The notes beneath the pieces are model-generated. The model searched no databases. It saw only the letters and a list, made by a program, of their open reading frames with translations, and was not told where the DNA came from. Position numbers and translations under genes: made by a program. A stretch of DNA of 63,718 nucleotides, the filler included, from Octopus bimaculoides (taxonomy: Eukaryota): NCBI RefSeq assembly GCF_001194135.2. It is 6 parts of 6 records of this genome, joined end to end, with 100 filler letters (N's around TTAATTAATTAA, not from the genome) between each part and the next. Parts side by side here need not be neighbours in the genome. Positions count along the whole stretch, not along the records: positions 11,067 to 18,849 come from NC_068983.1; positions 18,950 to 31,705 come from NC_068982.1; 4 more parts are not named here. One strand, written 5' to 3'. This document shows positions 14,544 to 25,750 of this stretch, one piece after another. Every line of letters begins with the position of its first letter. The first letter of the stretch is position 1.

Positions 14544-14919
14544 ATCTGTTTCGAGCTTACGGGCCCACTAGCTTGTCCTGCTTTTAGTGGCATTTAAGCG
14601 ACTGAAAGTTATCGAATGTTCATATCTTGATTTTATATAAAATATTTTCCCTACTTTTTTTGTCATCCATGCATAGAGATTTGATGGCTGCATTAAGTAA
14701 GTCTGTGAGTTTTTGCTAATGCCATGAATACTGTTCTTCTGCCTCTGATTTACTTCTTTATTTATAAATAAAGAAGTAAAATGTTGATTGACTAGCTAGA
14801 AACTCTCACATAAGTTTGCCACATTATATTTGATTACTACAAGTATCCAACATTTATTTTTGTCTGTCATGTTTCTTTGTAATTTTCATGTAATATGTTA
14901 TATCTTCATCCTTGTCTAG

Positions 14920-15173
14920 ACTCACTAATATAAAAAGTCAGAGCAACATAGCTAACTTGAAGTCTAAAACTGCCAAAGAACGTTGGGTCCATTTGTCAAG
15001 AACATTTGATGTGAAAAGCTTAATTCAGCAAGTTTTGGAAATGAATTCTCAGTATAACTATGTTGTTAGTATTTTATCAAAGCCTCCAAGCCTTAGACAA
15101 CAGTCTGAATGTGAAGAACTGGTGGGCTGGTTCAAATCAAGAGTGCGGAAAATTTTCAACAATTTGAAAACAG
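14920..15173 (+). CDS. Internal exon of an unidentified gene, resembling the region N-terminal to cyclic-nucleotide-binding domains (CNBD-type)
   Basis: Acceptor cttcatccttgtctag|A and donor ACAG|GTTTGT; 254-nt open non-repetitive frame. ILSKPPSLRQQSECEELVGWFKSRVRKIF resembles the 'IxxKPxxxRTxxExxxL' helix preceding cNMP-binding domains (family recollection only). Confidence 0.55.
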
Positions 15174-16309
15174 GTTTGTAAATTATTTTATCAATTTAAA
15201 AAATTGCTTTAACTCTTTAGTATTCAGGTTACTCTGTCAATAGTAATAATTATTTATTCACATTGTTTTGAATTAATAATGTATTATCTCATACCTTTGA
15301 GATCCTGATGATGTGATTGCTTATTTATTTTAAGAATGACATTGTAGGATAGGTGTGAGAGGCCAGATTTGGCCAGTTTTAAATTAACAGGTAAAATATA
15401 TGGTTGGGTTAACTTGGCATAAGGCCAATTTTTTTTATAGTGTGGATGCTGGATCAAATGATATATATTTACCCTGAATATTACCAGTACATATTTTTCC
15501 TGAAGAGCTGAAAGGCAAAGTCAAGCATAGCAAGAACATTGAAGAATATGACTAAATACTTGAGATATTTATCAATTTTTACCAACCCACCAATTTTATA
15601 TGGTGGACTCTTCAGTCAGAAATGACAGCTGAGGGTTCCACACTTATTTGCTGGACAACCTGCACAGATGATTTGTTTATAGTGATCAGATGTTTGTGCT
15701 TTGCATTAGCTCACTCCCACCATCAAATCGAGGCTGCTTGTACAGGTGTACACTATGCCAAATGTCAGATGTCAAAGTGATTGCAGAGCAATGTGAAAGG
15801 AAGTGTTTTGCTCAAGAACACAATGCACTGCCTGATCTGGGAATTGAAACCACAATCTTGCAATCATGAATGCAACACCCAAACCACTAGAGCATGTGCT
15901 TTCACTACCAATCTCATATATGTCAAACATAATACAACAAATTTCATATTTTACATTTAAATACATTCTTAAGTTATCTTGTATCTTTTTATTTCTATTA
16001 TTATAAGTATTCTATGTGTCATTAAGATGTAAAACTTTGTTTCGATGGTTCACTTAAAGATCTGAATTTGTCAGAGCTATACAACTCAGAAAATTTCTAA
16101 TGGTTAATAAGTGAACACTGGAGCTATAAAACTGGTTAAATTATATCCAATTGAATTAGAAGGGATCACAGTATATTTGGCACTAGGTTTGTGTTTACAG
16201 TGTTGGTTAAATGACAGATATTGATTTGAAAAATAAATTACTCTGGATCTTATATGCAAAGCTGAGATAGTGCGATCCACAACACTAAAATATTATTAAT
16301 TCAATCATC

Positions 16310-16850
16310 ATCATTATTATTATTAAGTGAGAGAGCAGTGCATACCATCAAAGTGACACTAGGGTACAAACATACAAAGCCTAATATACCCATCATGACT
16401 ATCCATCTGATAAGGGTATACCAGGCACATGCATCACAACCATATGTGCACTACATGGTGATTGGGACCCAGTTAGAATTTTCTTCAGGTCAAGTAGCCC
16501 ATCTCACTCAAAAGGTCCCCAAATAAGGGAGGGTTGTTTAAGGATGTTGAACAAAACACTTATGTTTCCAGAGGTGAATTATTTAAACCTCAAAGAATTT
16601 CTCTTAACACATGGCTATGATGCTCCCCCACTACTCTTGCTCATGATCAGAGATACACATATCATCAGCCACTTAGGGACATGCTCAACTGGTTAAGGTC
16701 AAGCAACTGACAAGCAACTTTGTGGTATTGAGCAGAATATTTGCTGTAGCCCATTTTTTACAGCAAGACAAAACATGTACATGATAACACTTCCAATCAG
16801 TTAAGATCAGAAGCCATGAGAGCCACTGCCTGGTATTGCATCAGGGTTTT
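16310..16850 (-). mobile_element. Unclassified retroposon-like repeat with (TAA)n tail
   Basis: A second partial copy in the opposite orientation at 22388-22550; a minus-strand (TAA)n tail near 16310-16325. Confidence 0.45.
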
Positions 16851-16943
16851 ATTATTAAGGTGACAAGCTGGCAGAATCATTAGCACACTGGTCAAAATAC
16901 TTAGCAGCATTTTATCCATCTTTACGTTTTGAGTTCAAATTCT

Positions 16944-17150
16944 TATTTCTTTACTGCCCATAAGGGGCTAAACATAGAGGGGACAAACAAGGGATTAAGT
17001 CGATTACATCGACCCCAGTGTGTAACTGGTACTTAATTTATCGACCCTGAAAGGACGAAAGGCAAAGTCGACCTCGGTGGAATTTGAACTCAGAACGTAG
17101 CGGCAGACGAAATACCGCTAAGCATTTCGCGTTTCTGCCAGCTCGCCACC
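16944..17150 (-). mobile_element. SINE family D, young copy inserted into an older family D copy (16858-17180, +)
   Basis: 16-bp TSD TTTGAGTTCAAATTCT at 16928-16943 and 17151-17166. Related copies at 20712-20925, 22150-22360 and 55015-55465. Confidence 0.8.
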
Positions 17151-17284
17151 TTTGAGTTCAAATTCTGTCGAGGTCGACATCCCCTATTAATTATTTCATG
17201 GTCAATAAATTGCCAGTGAAACACTGAGCTTGATGCAAACCCCCAAAATTTCAGGCCTTGAGCCTATAGTAGAAAGAATTATTT

Positions 17285-17333
17285 ATCATCATCATCATCC
17301 TCATCAGCATCATCATCACCATCGCCATCATCA

Positions 17334-17375
<42 letters not shown>

Positions 17376-17395
17376 GGGTGGTGAACTGGCACAAT
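17285..17395. repeat. (CAT)n followed by (TAT)n microsatellite
   Basis: Directly visible. Confidence 0.95.
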
Positions 17396-17818
17396 AGCAG
17401 AATTGTTAGCATGCTGGACAAACTGCTTAACAATATTTCTTCCAGCTTTATGGTCTGAGTTCAACCTTTTTGGGCCAATAATATAAGTAGCAATTGTGCA
17501 CTGGAGTTTATGTAATAGACTAAACCCCCAAATTGTTGGCCTTGTGCCAAAATTTGAAACCATTACTACTACTACTACTACTACTACTATTGGTGCTTCA
17601 ATTAAGTATTACCATAAAGAAATAAAGTATTGAACAAAGAATATCTTTGTTAAACACTCAATGTTTAACAGATAAGCTATAACTGTTTCTGCTTACCAAC
17701 CACATGGTTCCGGATTCAGTCCTACTGTGTGGCACCTTGGACAAGTGTCTTCTACTATAGCCTCGGGCTGACCAAAGCCTTGTAAGTGGATTTGGTTGAT
17801 GGAAACTGAAAGAAACCT

Positions 17819-17861
<43 letters not shown>

Positions 17862-18695
17862 GCATGTGTGTGTGTGTGTATATGGTTATATGTATGTATG
17901 TAAGTATGTATGTATATGTGGGGTAGTGCAAGTGTGTGTTTGTGGGGGTGTTACTAACTCCCTTTTTTGATACAGTGTGATAGTTTTAAAACAAATGTCA
18001 CTGTCACACAAGTGCTTTTGTTTACAATCTTCAGGGAAACATGTCTGGCATTGGGCAAATATTACTTGTTTTGGAAACAAGTGAAGTTTGGTGTTAGAAA
18101 GGGCATTTGGTCATAGAAAATCTGCCTTAACAAATTCCATCTGATCTGCACAAACATGGAAAAGAGGACATTGAAACAATGGTGAGTCTCTCATAGTCCA
18201 AGAAAGATGATTCTGCAGTTTCTTGCTGAACAACCTACACAAATGATTTGTTTATAGTGATCAAATGTTTGTGCTGTACATTAGCTCACTCACTTCATCA
18301 AATTAATGTTGCCTGAACAGGTGCATAGTGTGCCACATGTCAAGTATTGAAGTCATTGAAGAGCAACATGTGAAGAAGTGTTTCGTTCAAGAACACAACA
18401 CAGGCATAGGCATGGCTGTGTGGTAAGAAGCTTGCTTCCCAACCACATGGTTCCAGGTTCAGTCCCACTGTGAGGAACCTTGGGCAAGTGGCTTTTACTA
18501 TAGCCTAGGGTGATTAAAGCCTTGCCAGTGGATGTAGTACATGGAAACTGAAAGACATCCCTTGAATGTATATATATATATATATTTCGTTTTGGGATTT
18601 GGTTTGCAAGATTCTTTATGTGTGTTCATGTGTTGAAGCATATTCTGTTGTGTCTGGGGTGAGTCATTTTCTTTTTGTGCCTTATAATTTAACAC

Positions 18696-18849
18696 ACTCA
18701 CTGGTAAAACTTCCACTTATTTCTTATTTTTATTTTCCTAAAATTTTCATTGCGTCTTGCAGAGTCAAGACCATTGAAAAGGTTGCAAGAGGCAACACAA
18801 ATTTTAGGAAAATAAAAATAAGAAATAAGTGGAAGTTTTACTGGTGAGT
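18696..18849. repeat. Foldback inverted repeat (~65-bp arms, ~24-bp spacer) running into an assembly gap
   Basis: Left arm actcactggtaaaacttccacttatttt...gtcttgc pairs with right arm gcaagaggc...aagtggaagttttactggtgagt. Confidence 0.8.
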
Positions 18850-18949
18850 NNNNNNNNNNNNNNNNNNNNNNNNNNNNNNNNNNNNNNNNNNNNTTAATTA
18901 ATTAANNNNNNNNNNNNNNNNNNNNNNNNNNNNNNNNNNNNNNNNNNNN
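18850..18949. other. Assembly gap placeholder 44N-TTAATTAATTAA-44N (unknown size); also at 10967-11066, ~31706-31805, ~59083-59182 and ~61231-61330
   Basis: The identical 100-nt pattern occurs five times; the 12-mer places a stop codon in all six frames. Confidence 0.9.
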
Positions 18950-19750
18950 AAATAAAATTAATTGCAACGACAAAAGCACATGAAAAATTAGCTAGCAGAT
19001 GGGAACAGAAACCTCTGCATGGCAAGTATGTGGCTCGTAGCAAACAAGCTGATGTCGACCAGAAACACACGCATCAATGGTTACGAAGCTCACGGCTAAA
19101 AGCAGAGAGTGAAGGTTTCATATTAGCTGCTCAAGATCAAAGCTTATTAACCCGGAACTACCAAGCCAATGAGATGAAAAATGGAGCTGACCCAAAATGC
19201 CGATTTTGTAACGATGCGATTGAAACTATAGACCACCTAATCTCAGGGTGTAGAGTCTTAGCACCTGTAGAATATAAAGCAAGACATGAATGAGTTGGCT
19301 AGTATTTACACTGGACAATATGTCGGTATTATAAAATCAAAACCGCTGACATATGGTATAAACACCAAACAGAAGCTGTGACTGAGGGACAAAATGTGTC
19401 AATTCTCTGGGACTTCCCCGTACATACCGATAAAACTATAAAAGCTAATAAACCGGATATTATTATAAAAGATCAGACAAAAAAGATGTGTTTATTAATT
19501 GACATGAGTATTCCTTGCTATCACAATATAGTGGCGAAAGAATTTGATAAGATCAATAAATATAAAGACTTGCTAATAGAAATTGAAAAATGTGGCATCT
19601 CAAGGCGACTACCGCATCAATAGGATCTCTAGGAATGATTAAAAAAGGTACAGAAACCTATTTGAAAATGATACCAGGCCTACCATCCCTACAGGAAGAG
19701 CAAAAAATCGTGTTAACTGGAATGAGTCATGTACTGAGAAGAGCATTATC
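18950..19750 (+). mobile_element. R4/Dong-type RLE LINE, 3' part (zinc knuckle plus restriction-like endonuclease), degraded
   Basis: HGKYV, LAAQDQSLLTRNY, CRFC...ETIDHLISGC, ILWDFPVHTDKTIKANKPDII, EFDKINKYKDL and IGSLGMIKKG; stops and frameshifts. Confidence 0.85.
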
Positions 19751-20027
19751 GCAGCAGACTTGGTTTCTTAGAAGCAGAATACATATTGTAACAAAATTAG
19801 GCACTTCAGTGTTTGGACTCTTGTCTTGCTATTTAATGTAGAAGAGCCTGCAGAGATATAAGGTATAAAAATGATTTAGCCATCATAAAAGTCTGCTGTA
19901 AATGGCCCCTATCTAGCAGGTATAGAGGAGTATGACTCAGTTTGGTGATGATACTAAAATCTTTATTTTCTTTATTTAAAATCTTTATTTTTCCATACTG
20001 TAGAATATATATATATATATATATATA

Positions 20028-20215
20028 TTCTAGATGAAGCACTTACCTCTTACCCAGGGACAAAGGGTAAGACCATCTACTCTTTTCCTATCACTTCTGG
20101 ATAATCCCGCTAGCTCCAGAACTGGGGGGATATTAACCCGAGCCAGGGCCTGCTTAATGTTTAAGTTTAGCTGGGTGTGACGAGTGAAACGATCAGCATT
20201 TAGTCTTTTCACAAG
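20028..20215 (-). mobile_element. Short CRE-like fragment nearly identical to part of copy 2
   Basis: ~190 nt matching 26317-26488, including the same TAG at the conserved Trp (KCFI*); abuts (TA)n. Confidence 0.8.
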
Positions 20216-20959
20216 TCTCCCTCACTTAACTTCTTTTGCCATATTCACTTGACATAGGTAAACTGCCTGACAAGGGAATTTTCAAGAAGGACAAGGGTGA
20301 TAGCTAAATGTATCCCACATGTAACAACAGCCTTTGACAAAGTCCACGTATTGGCAACACTGGACACAGTGCAAGCAGACCAGCTTCATTGTTCTACATT
20401 CATCTCAGGTACATCAAGTTGCTTGTATATTTTTGTAGAGTTTATATTATAAAGGCAATGCTGACAGCAATGCCAAGCTAGGGATTTCTGGAAATTATCC
20501 ATAGTCCTCAGGCCAAAGGATCAGTTCCATCACAGGAAACACAGACAAAATGGAACTGACCAGTTCCACAGGATCCTGCTCACTTCAGTAACAATATACA
20601 GGTAAAGATTTTTGAAGATAGACTTTTAAAACACAGTTAAAACAAGCTAAACTTACAAGTAGTTTGAAGGAGCATCTTGCTGATACTAAAACAACAACAA
20701 CTATAATGACAATAATGGTTTCGAATTTTGGCACACAGCCAACAATTTTAGGGGAGTGTTAAGCCAATTACATTGACTCCAGTATTCAACTGGCACTTAT
20801 TCTATCAACCCTGAAAGGCTGAAAGGTAAAGTCAACCTTGGAAGAATTTGAACTCAGAACATAAAAAGCTGGAAGAAATGCCACTAAACATTTCATCTGA
20901 CATGCTGACTATTCTGGTAGCTCAACAACTTAATAATAATGATAAGTTTAATTTCTTAC

Positions 20960-21400
20960 CTCAAGCTGGAAAGGTTTAACCACCTTCCGATAAACACCTC
21001 CGACTGGAGGTAGTCGACGAAGTATCTCTTTAAATACACATTGTAGGTAATTCAATTTTGGTATATGGTCTTGTGTCACAATTGGATAATGGATTCCATC
21101 ATGTGACATCAGCCCAAACTCGTTAAGCTCTTCTCTTAATTTCTGCAACACTTTAGGATGATTAGCCAGTAAATACAGGGTTGAAAAAGAAGAAACTGTT
21201 GTTGTTAAGTTGCCAGCAAAGATTATCTCTAATATAGAATCTTCTATTTTTCTCTCTATGTTTCCATCACGGTTTTCTTGTAGCATGCAATGAAGAGAAT
21301 TCAAGAAGTCTTTGGGTTGTGCTTGACACTTTGTCTCCTTATTGTTCTGACATAAAACTGATCGAATAATGGAACATATTTCAGCCCGAGCTTTCATACT
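20960..21400 (-). CDS. CYP26-like: Cytochrome P450 CYP26-like, third coding exon (147 aa; I- and K-helix)
   Basis: Acceptor ttttgtcaag|AGT and donor GAG|GTAAGA, phase 0/0. Contains I-helix IIFAGNLTT, HPKVLQKLREEL, K-helix ExxR (KEILR) and LPPVGGVYRK. Confidence 0.9.
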
Positions 21401-22702
21401 CTTGACAAAACAAATAGCAAAAAGAGAAATTGAAAATATCGCATGGAATGAGGTTACAGGAGGTTGTAACATTCATACATTTACCAAATAAATAGATATA
21501 GCTGGATATTGAAACTGATTAAGAAGCACATATTCTATATCAGCATGAGAGGTACTAAATCATCTCTATAATCACTAACAAGCACAAGATCACATACACT
21601 GTAGGAAAGAGTACAGTGCATTAATTAATAAAAATTAACTCTGGAAGGATGAAAAGCAAAGTTCACATGGCCAGAATTTGAACTCTGAATATAATAAGAC
21701 ACATTTACATACTGTTCTATATTTAAGAGATGAGGAATTATGTACATTATTTACATTATTAACATTCGACAGATATTTGTCCTCATCTTGTTTGTTGTTA
21801 ACACAACATTTCCGCTGATATACCCTCCAGCCTTCTTCCAGTGTCTTGGGGAAATTTCAAACCTTGGTTCTCATTCCTAAGGTATTTTCCAATGTTATTA
21901 TTATTATTATTATTGTTATTGTTCAGGTCACTGCTTGGAATTGAACTTGGAATCTTGGGGTTAGTAGCCTGCGCTCTTAACCACTTCACCATATACCTGT
22001 CCGTCGAAGGTAAATAATGTAAATAATATACATTTACATATTGTTCTACTGATTATAACATCTGGTATACTTTTTAATAATCTCAATGATTTCTTTTAAT
22101 TCATTTTAATCAATTACTTTTAAATAACAACAATAATACAAATAATCCTTTCAACTATAGACACAAGGCCTGAAATGTTGGGGGAGGGGGTAAGTTGATT
22201 ACATAGACCCCATTGCTCAACTGATACTCATTTTATCAAGCTGAAAAGGATGAAAGGCAAAGTCAACCTCAGCAACATTTGAACTCTGGACATAATGATG
22301 GACAAAATACCACTAGGCATTTTGCCCAGGGTGCTAACAGTTCTGCTAGCTCACTGCCTTAATAATAATGATAATAATAATTATAATAGAGCATGTCCCT
22401 TAGTGGCTGACAATATGGGCATCTCTGAAAATGAGCAGTAGTGGGAGAGTATCATGGCCATGTGTTGAAAGGAATACTTTGGGGTTTGGATAATTCACCT
22501 TTGGAAGCATGGGTGTTTTGTTCAACATCCTTAAACAACCCTTATTCAGTGTGTGAACAAGATACTGCTCTACAGGTAGGTAAGAGTGGGCAATGAGTTT
22601 AAAGAAGATATAAAGTAAGGTTGATGGAAAGAAGTAAACCATGTTGGTTGAGTGTAAACATGAAATAACATTATTAATAATAGTGTAGATAGATAAACTA
22701 AC

Positions 22703-23197
22703 CTTGTAAAAACCAGTACCAGGTATATTGAGAGGTATTGACATTAGGTTCTTCTCAAAGGTAGTTATTTCTTTGATAAGTTTTTGTATAACAGATTCAT
22801 CTAAGTCATTTCTTATGAAATATTTTATCACACTCCTGACTGTCATATCACGACACTGCTGAACAGGATCAATAATACCACTGTTTATCCAGGACTCTAT
22901 TTTCTCAGAGGCTGTTGTCTGGAAATGATCCAAGTGAGATTTCAGCTTAGATGGTGTCATTGTTTTGAGGAGTAAACTTTTATGTTGGCGATGGTGGTTA
23001 CCAGAACTCACTGCTAATGAATAAGAACCGACAAGAGACTGAGTAGATGGTGGCCAGAAGACCTGTAAGATTTTAGTGTCTCCCATCATCAATGTACGAA
23101 TATTATCACTACCACACACTCGGACGGTTGGGCTGCCAAATATATGGGTCTTATAAACCCTACCATATTTGGAGTGACGTTGGAAGGTGAATTTTTC
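22703..23197 (-). CDS. CYP26-like: Cytochrome P450 CYP26-like, second coding exon (165 aa)
   Basis: Acceptor ttttcacag|GAA and donor AAG|GTTAGT, phase 0/0. KYGRVYKTHIFGSPTVRVCGSDNIR matches the CYP26 motif KYGFIYKTHLFGRPTVRVMGADNVR; also WPPST and SIPLNIPGTGFYK. Confidence 0.92.
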
Positions 23198-24039
23198 CTG
23201 TGAAAATATGGTAAGGAGAGACTGTAGCATATTACTGGTATTTACAAAACAGATGTATGAAATAGAACAAAGATAAAAATAATACAATAGTAGAAAAATT
23301 GACATAGCAAAGGATGAGACAAGGAAAGGAAAGGAAAGGAGAGAGGCAAGAAGTTTACTGTAATGGACTGCAAAGTTTTGAAGCTTTAGTTTCCATGTAA
23401 GTCTCAGGGAAGTAATGTAATCATTTGCTTTGTGTTTGTTTTCCCATTCTTGTATGAGTTGGATGATTATATTGAGGCACGGTTTTTACAAATTGAATAC
23501 CCTTCCTAACATTAACTCTTACCTGTTTTATGTTTATAAGCTACTGAGAGAAGGAGGGGAAGTAGCCATGACCTTCCCATATTGATGAGACTAATAATGT
23601 TGAAATACTGGTTGAACATCTGTAGGGAGAAGTCAATAGTAAAAAGGGAAAATAATGTGGGGAGAAGGAATTCCATGGAACTATTGTTTTGGGAATGAAA
23701 GATTATAAAGCATTGAGGTAAGGCACACAAACAGATACTGAAGAGACAAGTGGATCAATTAGACCTGGGTAGTTAGCTAGATCAGAGCAGCATAAGCCAC
23801 ATAAATATTGATAGATGAAAGACAGAGAAAATGTTATGTACAAGTGGAAGATGTTTGCTCTTGAACATATAGAAATGTAACAGTTTTTTTTAGATATGAT
23901 AAAACTGTATTTCCTATACATTAAAGTCAAGCTTTTTAGCCACTTTATGAAGGGGCAATCATCACATCATTAAAGATCTGCTGAATCTGTTTTAATGATA
24001 TGCTGTTGTTCCCAATGCAATTTGCCTCAAAGACAAGTG

Positions 24040-25320
24040 TACCTTCATCCAGTTTCCTCAAGTCTCATTTTTGTCACAATTAAAGTAGGCCCATTTAAGC
24101 TTGCCAGTTTAACCACCCTCCTTTACCGTTCATAAAATACACTGGAGGGCAGCAACACCCTGTCTTCTATCACCATTATCTTCAACTGGTATTTAGAGAA
24201 GTTGAAGGCTTCAGCAGAGAAAAAAAAAACCCTGCACACAACCCTATCAGTTGTGTTCATTACATAACTTCTTCATTGCAGCCACAGGGCAGAGGAAGAT
24301 TAGCTGCTTTTCTTTGCCAAAGAAATGTGATTGGTTGATTTTCATCATAAACTCAGCTGACCTTGGAACTGTCAAACATGTAATAGCAGCTGTGCAATAT
24401 AAGCCAAGTAGTCCATAATACACACGCATATAGCAATTGCATGTATGACAGCTTTGTTGTTCTATGTGTATCTAGAACAAATCAGGCTGATGATACTGCT
24501 ATAGTTGTAGTGTTTGTTCTGAACAGGCAATGTTCCCCTTCCTCCTAATACTGTTAGGTCAAGGACTTTAAAGTTGTTTATATTTTGCAACCAGAAATTA
24601 TTCTACAAGAGATTATTTAGATTACCCACAATTATTCAGAATATTCTCCAGCCAGGTGAATGCACTGAGTGACTGGCATATTACAGATGCCGAACACCGA
24701 ACCTCGGTCAGTGTTTGGTCCAAGACAGCAGGTCAGTTAAAGAAATGAACTGTAGGAAGATGTTTTACAGAAAAGGCTATCAAACTTATTTACCATTGTC
24801 ATATCCAGGAATCTCTTCAGATGTGTCAGTCTCAATATGTTTTTGGGCATTGTCAAAGAAAACATTTCAAGACCTCCTTGAGTGTTTGCTGGCAGATGAT
24901 AGCTCTACCAAGTAGTGAAAACTGTCTTTTCTACAAGAAGTGAAAGGGTATGTGCTCTGATCTGGTCAGATATTTCATCTGACTAGTCATGATGGTCTGA
25001 TGGTAGAGCCACCAAAATAATGAAGGCGTTCACCATTCTCACTTGGTCTTTCAGGAACAGTTTCCTCTTGGTTCATTTCTGAGCAAGACTGGCAATCCTA
25101 CTCATGACCTCTTCTCTGTTTCTCTCTCCAAATTGTGGTCTAACTTGAACCAGAACCTGAGGATCTTAACCAGATCCTCAATCAAACCACAGAAGTTGCC
25201 GACCAGGAGAAGCAGCTTCTGTTTGTAACCAGCAACAAAGCAGTCTCTCCAAGAGCTGAGGTGCAAGACTACTGACTTGTCCTGGTAGAGAGGATATGCT
25301 GGGTAATGCAAGGAAAAAAG
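24040..25320 (-). mobile_element. Degraded L1/Tx1-type LINE ORF2 3' portion in the CYP first coding intron
   Basis: Frame-broken motifs KILRFWF...RIASLAQKxTKRKL...VNAFI, RAIICQQTLK(G)GL(E)M (the GGLG motif after a 1-nt indel) and FSKYQLKIM...LPSSVFYER. Confidence 0.6.
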
Positions 25321-25484
25321 ATGTGATGGCTGCTATTGAGATTATTGTGATCATTGTTTTAATCGATCAGTGCTGATCTGGGGTTAAAGAACAAGCAATA
25401 ATAAATAAAACATAAATAAAAAATAAAAATAATTATTAAACCAAAAGAAATAATTAAATAAAAAAGAAATAAAGCATGAATCAC

Positions 25485-25685
25485 CTTCAACTTTAAAAAG
25501 GTAAGCGTTTCTCCGATCAAAGGGAAATAACCCATGGTACCAGGTGGTAAGTTATACAGTTTGGTGATCAAACGAAAGTAAAAACAATGTGATATGGAGA
25601 TTAAAGCTAGTGAGAGGATGACAGAGGCTGCATAGAAGATATAACTGGAAGTATTTTCCACCAGGGACTGGAATAACGACGTCAT
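25485..25685 (-). CDS. CYP26-like: Cytochrome P450 CYP26-like, first coding exon (67 aa)
   Basis: ATG at 25685, hydrophobic N-terminal anchor, then LPPGTMGYFPLIGETLTFL (CYP26A1 has LPPGTMGFPFFGETLQM). Donor AAG|GTGATT at 25484, phase 0. Confidence 0.88.
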
Positions 25686-25699
25686 TGTTGAAAATTGGT

Positions 25700-25720
25700 C
25701 TGGAAAGAGAAAGTATATAG
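25700..25720 (-). promoter_or_regulatory. Putative splice acceptor 14 nt upstream of the CYP ATG (implies a non-coding upstream exon)
   Basis: Minus strand reads ctatatactttctctttccag|accaattttcaacaATG: a polypyrimidine tract plus CAG. Confidence 0.5.
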
Positions 25721-25750
25721 GTTTGTTTTAACAAGCAGGACGAATACAAT

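Noticed and set aside
20521-20568. Small overlapping hairpins (GGAACTG/CAGTTCC)
   Set aside because: Stems of 7-10 bp with no terminal or repeat context; compatible with chance.
22400-22702. C-terminal extension of the 301-aa ORF beyond GFYK
   Set aside because: Read-through of the intron and of a repeat (22388-22550); there is a donor at 22702 and homology resumes in the next exon.
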